NCBI GenBank assembly: GCA_041402125.1 | Contig: JAWKSY010000022.1 | Span: forward strand, 8,122 to 72,121 | From: Planctomycetota bacterium | GTDB taxonomy: Bacteria > Planctomycetota > GCA-002687715 > DRQF01 | Length of the DNA: 64,000 bases | Direction of reading: 5' to 3' | Shown: piece by piece, positions 36,528 to 44,747 of the stretch | Numbering within the stretch: the first letter of the stretch is position 1 | Layout of the letters: each line of letters opens with the position of its first letter | Position numbers and translations under genes: made by a program | The notes under the pieces: model-generated | The model's input: only the letters and a program-made list of their open reading frames with translations | What the model was told of the DNA's origin: nothing | Database searches by the model: none

Positions 36528-39092
36528 TCAGCGCAGCTCGAGCCTTTCCGCCGCCGCGTCCGGCGCCGCCGGCCGCCGATCCCCGATCTCCGCGCGCCGG
36601 CCGGTCTCCGGCTCGACGACGACGAGGTCGTAGGCGCCGTCCTCGGGCACCGGCACCCGCAGGACCGGCGTCTTCGCGTCGAGGACGAAGCGACGCGCGA
36701 AGAGGAGCTCGTCCCGCCCGGCGCGCCGGACTTCGACGAGAGGACGCGTGACCCGCGCGAGCGCGAAGGGGCCGAGGACGCCGGCGGGACCGTCGATCTC
36801 GCCCGGCACGACGCGACGCGGCCAGCCCTCGTACTGGGGGCCCTTTGCCGGATCGGCGAGGCGCGGCCAGCACCCGAACTCGACCTCGCCCGTGTCGCGG
36901 AAGAAGGTCACCGTGCCCCAGCCCGGCATGCCGTCGTGGAGGAGGGGGTTCTCGGGATGCGAGGGCCCGCCGGGGTTCGCCGCGGCGTAGACGCTGACCA
37001 GGTTCCCGAAGCCGTCGAGGCGATCGCCGCCGAACTCCTCGAAACTCGGCTTCCGGTAGGCCTCCGCGTGTCCGGGGAACCAGGCCCGCGGGTAGAAGTT
37101 CGCGGAGGCCGGAGCGCAGAAGCCCCAGATCGCGTCGCGATGCCGGTCGAGCCCGTGGCGGACGAGGCTCGCGAGATGCTGGTCGCCGCAGACATGGACG
37201 GCGGACGCCCGGCGGAGGGCCTCCACCGCGCGCCGCCGGCCGGACTGCGGCCAGCCGTTGGAGTCGAGGTCGGCGAGGAGGAAGCCGAGCTTGCCGCCGT
37301 GGTGCGTCGCGAGGTTGGCGAGCGGCGTCTGGGAGAGCGCGACCTTGAAGTCGACGCCGTTCCAGTCGCGCGCCCAGCCGTCGAGGAAGGCGAGCTGGCG
37401 CTCGCCGAGAAGCGTGAGTCCCGGCCGGTCGAGACGGCCGCGGTCGAACTCCGGATCGTTGAAGTGATCCGGTCGACCGGTGCCGCTCGGCGGCATGCCC
37501 TCGCGGGCGCAGCCCGACTTGAACTTGCGGTCCTCGAGGATCGCGAAGGACACGCGGCCCCAGCGGAGCTCGGTGAAGTAGACCCCGATGTCCTGGTCGA
37601 TGGGGCGGGCATCGACCGGCGGCGGCAGGTGCGAGGTCTGCGTGCGCTCGACGAGACGGACGAACCAGGCCGGATGGACGTAGCCGCCGAAGTGGTCGCG
37701 CTTCGCGGATCGACCGCCCTCGCCCCAGAGATTGCCCTGGTAGACGTCGTGGTCGTCGGGGATGACGACGGCCGGCGTACGCTGCGTCAGCTCGCGCCAG
37801 GTGAGGCACCAGAGCGACCACTTGTAGAGGTAGTCGAGGCGGAGCTCGCGGCGATCCGCGAAGGTCGGGCTCGCGCCCTCGTAGATCTGGTCGCCGGCGA
37901 AGAAGAGGAGGTCGGGCTCCTGCGCCGCGACGCGAGCGACGAGGTCCGCGTGCGGGAACCAGACCTGCTTCGTCCAGTCCGTCCTCGGCCCGCCGAGGAG
38001 GTGGGCGTTCTGGTGGAGGCAGTTCGTCGCGACGAGGCGCAGCTCGCGCCGGCCGGCCGGATCGGACGCGATGGAGGCGGTGCGGGAGCAGGAGTAACCG
38101 TCGGTCGCGTCGCGACGGTAGACGAGCCGGACGTTGCGGCGACGCGTGTCGTCCCAGTCTTCGAGGCGGAACGTCGCGGTGCAGCTCGCCGGTTCGATCC
38201 CGGTGCGCGCCCGCTCGACGTAGCCCTTCTCGCCCTCGACCTCGAAGGCGACCGAACTGTCGGGCCCGAAGGCGTCCGGGAAGAGCTGGGCCGTGAGGGT
38301 GAGCGTGCCGCGACTGAGCGTGTACTGCGTCGCGAAGAGGGCGTGGAGCTGCCGGCCGCGGTCGAGGATGATCCCGTCCCCGCTCGGGTCGAGCTCGTCG
38401 AACCAGTGACGGACGGCGCGCTTCTTCGGGCCCGGGTGGCTCGCGAGGGCGAGGTTCCCGACGAGGCGCGAGGCGGGGATCGCCTTCTCGGCCGCCGGCG
38501 GCGCCGGGTCACCCTCGCCGCTTGCGGCCGGAAGTCGACTGACCCGGAGGACCCCCCGGGCGGCGTCGTACCGGACCTCGATCCGCGCGGACGAGGGGAA
38601 GGCCTCACCGCGCGAGGGCGGTTCCTCGCCGAGGGCGCCGTTCGGGTCGAGGTCGCGGATCACGGGACGGCCGTCCGCGTCGAGCCCGGCGAAGATCCCG
38701 GTGCCGGGCCCGGTCCAGGCGTGGACGAGACAGGCCTCGAGGCCCGACCGCTCGGCCCCTCCGCAGCCGAGCAGGAGACCGGCGAAGGCGCCGGCCGCGT
38801 GTTCCGGGTCCCCCTGGCGACGGCCGAGCTCGATCCGGACGCGGAAGTCGCCCCTCGTCGCGTCGAGACGACCCGAGACGAGATGCGCCGTGCGCAGCGG
38901 CAGCCCCCGGTCATCGACGCAGGCCCGGCGTCCGTTCTCGACGGCCCAGTCCTGGAGCCGGTTGGCCCAGAGGTCCGGGCCGAGCCAGACCCGATCCGGG
39001 ACCGGCTTCCGGTCGGGCGTCTGGCCGGGGAGGAGGGCGCCCAGGGCGAGCAGGGCGGCGAGGACGGAGAGGGCGAGGCGAGCGGCAGTCAT
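36528..39092 (-). CDS. PhoD-like alkaline phosphatase / metallophosphoesterase with long N-terminal domain, signal peptide
   Basis: The ATG at 39092 begins MTAARLALSVLAALLALGALLPG. The PhoD-like core reads LLFFAGDQIYEGASP ... VIPDDHDVYQGNLWGEGG ... VHVCGDQHLASLVRHG. Confidence 0.8.
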   Translation of the reverse strand: MTAARLALSVLAALLALGALLPGQTPDRKPVPDRVWLGPDLWANRLQDWAVENGRRACVDDRGLPLRTAHLVSGRLDATRGDFRVRIELGRRQGDPEHAAGAFAGLLLGCGGAERSGLEACLVHAWTGPGTGIFAGLDADGRPVIRDLDPNGALGEEPPSRGEAFPSSARIEVRYDAARGVLRVSRLPAASGEGDPAPPAAEKAIPASRLVGNLALASHPGPKKRAVRHWFDELDPSGDGIILDRGRQLHALFATQYTLSRGTLTLTAQLFPDAFGPDSSVAFEVEGEKGYVERARTGIEPASCTATFRLEDWDDTRRRNVRLVYRRDATDGYSCSRTASIASDPAGRRELRLVATNCLHQNAHLLGGPRTDWTKQVWFPHADLVARVAAQEPDLLFFAGDQIYEGASPTFADRRELRLDYLYKWSLWCLTWRELTQRTPAVVIPDDHDVYQGNLWGEGGRSAKRDHFGGYVHPAWFVRLVERTQTSHLPPPVDARPIDQDIGVYFTELRWGRVSFAILEDRKFKSGCAREGMPPSGTGRPDHFNDPEFDRGRLDRPGLTLLGERQLAFLDGWARDWNGVDFKVALSQTPLANLATHHGGKLGFLLADLDSNGWPQSGRRRAVEALRRASAVHVCGDQHLASLVRHGLDRHRDAIWGFCAPASANFYPRAWFPGHAEAYRKPSFEEFGGDRLDGFGNLVSVYAAANPGGPSHPENPLLHDGMPGWGTVTFFRDTGEVEFGCWPRLADPAKGPQYEGWPRRVVPGEIDGPAGVLGPFALARVTRPLVEVRRAGRDELLFARRFVLDAKTPVLRVPVPEDGAYDLVVVEPETGRRAEIGDRRPAAPDAAAERLELR

Positions 39093-39476
39093 GGTCGGGG
39101 GCTCCGGACGGCGGTGCGGGCGGGACCGGTGCCGCGGACGATACCCGGAATCGGGGGCCCTCGATCGGGCCTCCGGGACGCTCGAGGGGGCCCCGGAGGC
39201 GAAAGGAGGGCGCCGAGGAATAATCCTAAGCCTCATTTCGGCAGATCTTTAGGGTCCAGCGCCGTGCTTTCCGGGGCGGGGAGTGGGGTCAAGGGATGAT
39301 AGACATCCGCCGAAAATCAGACGGTCGAGGCCCTCCGGCGCCACGGTTCGTGGCGTCGCCGGGGCGGCCGGTCGCGGAGATTTCTCGCGACGGACACCAT
39401 TTCCGGCGAATCGGTTGACACTTTCGCGATGTCGCCCGTATGTTCCTCGACCCGGCGCGCCGTCGGGAGGGAAGGA

Positions 39477-39509
39477 CACACAAGTCTTTACCGAAAGGTG
39501 ACTTGTGTG
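39477..39509. promoter_or_regulatory. Perfect 10-bp inverted repeat CACACAAGTC-N13-GACTTGTGTG, 42 bp upstream of the dksA-like start; candidate operator or leader hairpin
   Basis: Read directly in the 458-bp AT-richer phoD/dksA-like divergent intergenic region. Confidence 0.3.
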
Positions 39510-39550
39510 GAGAAACGGGCCGCCGGCGACGACTTGAGGACCCAGGCACC

Positions 39551-39934
39551 ATGCGCACCACCGAGCTCAACAAGTACAAGAAACTGCTCCTCGCCCAGCG
39601 GGACGAGCTCTCGGGGGCCGTCAACTCGATGGCCTCCGAGGCCCTGAAGCCCAACGGCGGCGGACGCGACGTCGAGGACAGCGCCGACTTCGGCAGCGAC
39701 CAGTTCGAACAGGAGTTCACGCTGGGCCTGATGGAGAACGAGCAGAAGGTGATCCGCGAGATCGATCACGCCCTGAGCAAGATCGAGGACGGCTCCTTCG
39801 GCGTCTGCGAGGGCAGCGGGGAGAAGATCCCCAAGGCCCGTCTCGACGCCATCCCCTGGTGCCGCTACACGGTCGTCTACCAGGAGAAGCTCGAGCGCGG
39901 CGAGATCGTCCTCGACGACGACGACGACAACTGA
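39551..39934 (+). CDS. DksA/TraR-family protein with degenerate C4 zinc finger, poly-Asp C-terminus
   Basis: The 127-aa product starts MRTTELNKYKKLLLAQRDELSG and contains EQKVIREIDHALSKIEDGSFGVCEGSGEKIPKARLDAIPWCRYTVVYQEK. Confidence 0.7.
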   Translation: MRTTELNKYKKLLLAQRDELSGAVNSMASEALKPNGGGRDVEDSADFGSDQFEQEFTLGLMENEQKVIREIDHALSKIEDGSFGVCEGSGEKIPKARLDAIPWCRYTVVYQEKLERGEIVLDDDDDN

Positions 39935-39972
39935 CGCAGCCACCTCACGGTGGTCCCGAGAAGGCGGGGGCG

Positions 39973-40010
39973 CTCCGGCGCTCCCGCCTTCGTCATTTCC
40001 GGACGCCGAT
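39973..40010 (+). terminator. Terminator-like hairpin (GGCGGGGGCGC tccg GCGCTCCCGCC) + TTCGTCATTTCC after the dksA-like gene
   Basis: A GC stem with one mismatch and a T-rich tail was read directly from the sequence. Confidence 0.4.
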
Positions 40011-40020
40011 CCGCGGCGCT

Positions 40021-41352
40021 TCAGACCAGGATGCCGTCCGCGGGACGGTCGGCGTCGCCGAGTTGCGCGGTGGGGACGCCGAGCGCCTCGAGGAGCGCCA
40101 GGTGCAGGCCGCACAGCTTGCGGTCGCGGCCGAAGACGAGGTGGCGGCCGCTCGCGAGTCGCCCGCCGAGTCCGCCGGCCACGAGCACGGGAAGGCTCTT
40201 CGGGTCGTGGGCGTTTCCGTCGCCGAGACCCGAGGCGAAGAGGATCGCGGAGTTCTCGAAGAGGGTGGAGTCGCCCTCGGGGATCTCCTTCATCGCCTGG
40301 ATCATCCGCGCGAGCTGCTCGACGTGCCAGCGGTTGATGAGCGCGTACTGCGCCGTCTTCTCCGGCCGGTTCTCGTGGTGGGAGAGCTCGTGGAATCCGC
40401 CCGCGACGCCTTCGAGGAAGCTGAAGTTGAGTCCCGAGACCGCGTTCCCGAACATGAAGCTCGCGACGCGGGTGAGGTCGGCGCGGAAGGCGGCGACGAC
40501 GAGGTCGAGCATCAGCCGCGTCCGCGTGGGGAAGTCGCGCGCGTCCAGTTCGTCCCGTCGCGCCTCCGGCAGGACGGCGTCGGCCGCCAGGCCGAGCCGG
40601 CGACGCTCCTCGGCCTCGTCGCCGGCGCGACGGCGCGCGAAGTCGTCGATGCGACCCTCGAGGGCGTGGACGGAGTCGAGATACTCGTCGACCTTGGCGC
40701 GGTCGCGGCCCGAGAGCGCGCGGGAGAGCGCGCGCGCCTCCTCGAGCACGAGATCGACCACGCGGCGATCTCGCGGTCGCGCGCCGGCCCGCGAGCCGCG
40801 CACCAGGCGTTCGAAGACGAGGCGCGGACGGATCTCCTTCGCGGCGGGGAGGGTGGGGCTGCGCCAGGAGACGTGGGCGCCGTAGACGGTGCTGTAGCCC
40901 ATGTCCACGACGTTGCGCACCGGTTCGGTCCCGAGCTCGAGCGAGGGGATCGGCGTGTCCCGGCCGAGGACCGCCGCGGCGATCTGGTCCATCGTCGTGC
41001 CGCAACGCACGTCGTGTCCGCCGGTCCGCTTGACCCTCGCGCCCGAGAGCAGCGAGGTCGTCTTGACGTAGTGCCCCTCGCCCTCGAAGGCGTTGCGGTT
41101 CCGGAGGCCGGACAGCACGAGGACGCGATCGCGGTGGGGACGCAGCGGCTCGAGCGTCGGCGTGAGCCGGTAGGCGGCGCCCGTCTCCTTCGGCGTCCAG
41201 CTCGGAACGTGCACGCCGTTCGGCATGAAGAGCACCGCCAGCCGTCGCGGCGCGGGGGCGGCGTCCTCGCGGAAGGTCTCGAGACGCGGGAGCGCGAGGG
41301 CGACGCCGGCCGCGCGAAGGAATCGACGTCGGTCCATCGGCGCGCGCATCAT
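40021..41352 (-). CDS. DUF1552-domain protein, Tat signal
   Basis: The product starts MMRAPMDRRRFLRAAGVALALP. Conserved DUF1552 blocks are LAVLFMPNGV, LVLSGLRNR and FMFGNAVSGLNFSFL. The start overlaps the stop of the upstream DUF1592 gene as ATGA. Confidence 0.8.
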   Translation of the reverse strand: MMRAPMDRRRFLRAAGVALALPRLETFREDAAPAPRRLAVLFMPNGVHVPSWTPKETGAAYRLTPTLEPLRPHRDRVLVLSGLRNRNAFEGEGHYVKTTSLLSGARVKRTGGHDVRCGTTMDQIAAAVLGRDTPIPSLELGTEPVRNVVDMGYSTVYGAHVSWRSPTLPAAKEIRPRLVFERLVRGSRAGARPRDRRVVDLVLEEARALSRALSGRDRAKVDEYLDSVHALEGRIDDFARRRAGDEAEERRRLGLAADAVLPEARRDELDARDFPTRTRLMLDLVVAAFRADLTRVASFMFGNAVSGLNFSFLEGVAGGFHELSHHENRPEKTAQYALINRWHVEQLARMIQAMKEIPEGDSTLFENSAILFASGLGDGNAHDPKSLPVLVAGGLGGRLASGRHLVFGRDRKLCGLHLALLEALGVPTAQLGDADRPADGILV

Positions 41353-43220
41353 CGCTTCTCCTCCGCCCGGGGCCGCGTCGTCTCGCGGCGCCGGAAGGTC
41401 TCGCTCGTCACCACCGCGCGCACCAGCGCGCGATAGCCGCCTCCCGCGTCCGCCGTGCGCGCGAGCACGTCGCGCACGGCGGCCTCGTCGGCGAGTCCGA
41501 GCTCGCGTCCGAGGGCGTAGGTCATCATCGCCTTCGCCGCCGCCCGGCGGAAGTCCCCGGCGCGCTCGAGGAGCGCGGCCTTCAGCGCCGCGGGACCCCG
41601 GATCTCGCGACCGTCGGGGAGCGTGGCGCGGTCGTCCACGGGGCGCCCCTGGTCCTCCTCCCGCGCGCGTCCGACCCCGTCGAAGCCCTCGAGCGCGAAT
41701 CCCAGGGGGTCGATGCGGGCGTGGCACGAGGCGCAGGCCGGATCCGCCCGGTGCTTCTCGAGTCGTTGACGCAGCGTGAGCCCGTCCTTCTGGACGTCGT
41801 CCTCGGGCAGCGTTCCGGCATTCGGGGGCGGCGGCGGGGGCGGCGCGTCGAGCAGGGTCTCCAGGATCCAGCGGCCGCGGAGGACGGGGCTCGTGCGCAG
41901 GGGGTAGGAGGTGAGGGTCAGCACCGCGCCCATCCCGAGGACGCCGCCGCGTCGGCGGTCGGTGAGCGCGACCGGACGCAGGGGCCATCCCTCGACGCCC
42001 GCGATCCCGTAGTGCTTCGCGAGCCGCTCGTTCAGCATCGCGAAGTCGGCGTCGAGGATCGTCTCGAGGGGCAGGTCCTCGGTCGCGAGTCGCTGGAAGA
42101 ACCGGACCCCCTCCTCGAAGAGGAGATCCTTCAGGGTCTGGTCGAAGCCCGAGTAACGGCGGAAGTCGACGGCCCGCCGCCGGATCTCGCGAAAGCCGAT
42201 CCACTGGCCGGCGAAGTTCTCGGCGAAGGCGCGCGAACGCGGGGCGGCGAGCAGGCGATCGACCTCGGCCGCCAGGACGGCCTCGTCGCGGAGGCGTCCC
42301 GCGTCCGCGAGGTCGCGGAGGCGGGAGTCCGGCATGGTGGAGGTGAGGAAGTAGGACAGCCGCACCGCGAGCTCGTGGTCATCGAGCGGGCGCGAGTCCG
42401 CCTCCGACTCCGCCGGCGCGTCGCGCTCCACGCGGTAGAGGAAGTGGGGTGAGAGGAGGGCGCTCTGGAGGGCCGCGCGCCGGCCGGCGCGCGGCGAGGG
42501 ATCCTCGGGCCGGACGGCGCAGAGCGCGACCCGGGAGGCGATCTCGCCGCTCGTGGGCGGCCGGCGGAAGGCGCGTCGCAGGAAGGACGCGACGAAGGCC
42601 GCGTCGTCGAGGTCCGGGAGGTAGGCCTTCCTCGCCAGCCCCTCGTCGGCATCGAGCGCGTCGAGGATCTCGACCGTGGCGTCGAAGTACTTCTCGACGA
42701 GGGTGGGGCTCGCGAAGAGGGTGTCGCCGAGGTTGTCGAACCCGCCCGTGGCCGCCTCGGCCGGGAAGCGCTCCGCAGCGTCGAACGTCACCCCGAGCAG
42801 GTCGCGGATCGTCCGGGCGTACTCGTCGGGCGACAGGCGCCGGAGGGTGGGGCGGCCGGGAGAGGCCGGCCCGGACCGCGCCGCCGCGATCCGCTCGAGG
42901 TCCCGGACGAAGGCCTCCACGGCGGCGGCCTCGGGACGGTCCTTCCGGGACGCGGGCGGCATCTCGCCCCGCCCGACGAGCTCGGCCGCCCGGGCGAGGA
43001 GTTCCGGATCACCTTGCGCCGCTTCGAGATCCGTCAGGCCGGCGAAGTCGACGCCGCCCCGGACCCGCCGTCCCGAGTCGTGGCAGTCCGCGCAGTGGCG
43101 ATCGAGGAAGGGACGGACGCGTCCCCAGGCGGCGGCCGGATCCTGCGCCGGGGCGAGCCCGCCGAGCCCGGCGAGGGCGGCGGAAAGAAGGAACAGAAGC
43201 GTCGTCCGGGGGTTGTACAT
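41349..43220 (-). CDS. DUF1592/DUF1595/DUF1587/DUF1588-family protein with N-terminal cytochrome-c-like CxxCH motif (PSD1-like), signal peptide
   Basis: The signal peptide is MYNPRTTLLFLLSAALAGLGG. The heme motif is RHCADCHD. The C-terminal conserved region reads LGMGAVLTLTSYPLRTSPVLRGRWILETLL ... CASCHARIDPLGFALEGFD. The 924-aa track ORF extends upstream through antisense junk. Confidence 0.8.
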   Translation of the reverse strand: MYNPRTTLLFLLSAALAGLGGLAPAQDPAAAWGRVRPFLDRHCADCHDSGRRVRGGVDFAGLTDLEAAQGDPELLARAAELVGRGEMPPASRKDRPEAAAVEAFVRDLERIAAARSGPASPGRPTLRRLSPDEYARTIRDLLGVTFDAAERFPAEAATGGFDNLGDTLFASPTLVEKYFDATVEILDALDADEGLARKAYLPDLDDAAFVASFLRRAFRRPPTSGEIASRVALCAVRPEDPSPRAGRRAALQSALLSPHFLYRVERDAPAESEADSRPLDDHELAVRLSYFLTSTMPDSRLRDLADAGRLRDEAVLAAEVDRLLAAPRSRAFAENFAGQWIGFREIRRRAVDFRRYSGFDQTLKDLLFEEGVRFFQRLATEDLPLETILDADFAMLNERLAKHYGIAGVEGWPLRPVALTDRRRGGVLGMGAVLTLTSYPLRTSPVLRGRWILETLLDAPPPPPPPNAGTLPEDDVQKDGLTLRQRLEKHRADPACASCHARIDPLGFALEGFDGVGRAREEDQGRPVDDRATLPDGREIRGPAALKAALLERAGDFRRAAAKAMMTYALGRELGLADEAAVRDVLARTADAGGGYRALVRAVVTSETFRRRETTRPRAEEKR

Positions 43221-43352
43221 GTATGGCCCTCCCGGCCCTCCGTCCGTCCCCGTAGCTTCTGGAAGAGGCCGGGCCGGTCGGCGACCGGGCCGCGCCGGAC
43301 CGTTCGCGGTGCTATGCTCCGCTCCCGCGCATCCTGAAGGAGACCTCAGCCC

Positions 43353-44129
43353 ATGTCGATCAGATTCCTCGCGCTCGCCGCGCTCCTCGCCTTCGCGTCC
43401 ACGTCCGCCTTCGCCCAGGTCGAGCCCAAGCCGACCCCGGTGAAGCCCGGAGTCGAGAAACCCACCGGCGACGCGCCGGTCAAGCCGGACGCGGCGAAGA
43501 AGGAGGTCACGATCCCCTTCGTCGGCAACGAGAAGTGCCCGCTGACCGGCGAGAAGGTCAACTCGAAGTACTACGCCGAGAAGGACGGCGAGCGCATCTA
43601 CACCTGCTGCGGCGACTGCGCGGCGAAGGTGGAGGCCGACTTCGAGGCCGCCAAGAAGAAGGCCTACCCCGAGGACAAGGTCGTCGAGATCAAGACCGAG
43701 AAGTGCATGATCATGACCCGCAAGGACGTGAAGTCGAACCACTCGGTCACGTTCCAGGGCCACAAGATCAGCTTCTGCTGCAAGCGCTGCGTGAAGACCT
43801 TCAAGTCCGCGCCGCAGAAGTACCTCACCCTCGCGCTCCATCCCGAGCTCGTCGACGCGAAGAACAAGACCTGCCCGGTGATGGACAAGGAGGAGGTCGA
43901 CGCCGACCGCTTCGTCGTCTACGACGGCTTCCTGATCAACCTCTGCTGCAAGAAGTGCCAGGGCGCGTTCAAGAAGGACCCGGAGAAGTACGTCGAGGCG
44001 ATGGGCCTGCGCAAGATGAAGGCGAAGGCGAAGAGCAAGGACGACGACGACGATGATGATGACGACGATCATCACGAGCGTCGTCGCAAGCCGGCCGCGG
44101 GCAAGCCGGCGTCCGGCGATCACGACTGA
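43353..44129 (+). CDS. Secreted protein with three tandem YHS-like metal-binding domains and Asp10-His C-terminal tail
   Basis: The signal peptide is MSIRFLALAALLAFASTSAFAQ. Three repeats of C-P-x-x-G-x-x-V ... CC-x-x-C-x-x-x-F-x-x-x-P-x-K-Y are present: CPLTGEKV..CCGDCAAKV, CMIMTRKDV..CCKRCVKTF and CPVMDKEEV..CCKKCQGAF. The tail reads DDDDDDDDDDHHERRRK. GC3 bias is excellent and the protein is Lys-rich. Confidence 0.7.
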   Translation: MSIRFLALAALLAFASTSAFAQVEPKPTPVKPGVEKPTGDAPVKPDAAKKEVTIPFVGNEKCPLTGEKVNSKYYAEKDGERIYTCCGDCAAKVEADFEAAKKKAYPEDKVVEIKTEKCMIMTRKDVKSNHSVTFQGHKISFCCKRCVKTFKSAPQKYLTLALHPELVDAKNKTCPVMDKEEVDADRFVVYDGFLINLCCKKCQGAFKKDPEKYVEAMGLRKMKAKAKSKDDDDDDDDDDHHERRRKPAAGKPASGDHD

Positions 44130-44236
44130 CGTCGACGCCTGAACTTCCTCTTGCGAAGGAGCCCGTCGGTCCCTTGGGCGGCGGGCTCCTTTCGCGTCTC
44201 GGTCGTCTCCTGCCGCCCCGTTCCGGAGTGCGTCCC

Positions 44237-44599
44237 ATGCCGATCACCCGCCTCGCGCCCATCCTCCCCGTCCGCGACATGTCCGCCGCCGTCGAGTTCT
44301 ACGAGAAGCTGGGCTTCGAGCTCGTGAAGCGCGTCGACGCCTGGAACTGGGCGATGCTCGCCCGCGGCGAGGCGCGGATCATGGTCGATCAGTCGACGAA
44401 TCCGCATCCGGGGACCCGCCGCACCGGCGTCATCTACCTCTACGCCTCGGATCTCATCGCTTTCCATCGCGAGGCGACGGCGCGTGGTCTCGAGCTGCCG
44501 GAGCCGGAACCGACATTCTACGGAATGATCGAGATCCGGATCGAGGATCCCGACGGCAACCGGCTCTGGATCGGCGAGGAGCCGGCGACGGTCGGTTGA
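44237..44599 (+). CDS. VOC-family (glyoxalase/bleomycin-resistance fold) protein
   Basis: The product reads MPITRLAPILPVRDMSAAVEFYEKLGFEL ... YGMIEIRIEDPDGNRLWIGE. The ATG is at 44237. Confidence 0.75.
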   Translation: MPITRLAPILPVRDMSAAVEFYEKLGFELVKRVDAWNWAMLARGEARIMVDQSTNPHPGTRRTGVIYLYASDLIAFHREATARGLELPEPEPTFYGMIEIRIEDPDGNRLWIGEEPATVG

Positions 44600-44747
44600 G
44601 AGTCCGCGAAGATACCCCCGCTGGCTTCGACCGGCTGCAACGGCGCCGGGCTTCGTCATGCCTCCTTGCCCGGCGCCGATTCGCACGGTCTCGGGCCGAC
44701 GCGGGGATATCTTCACGGACTCCGATCCCGACCGGCGCCGACCCGCC

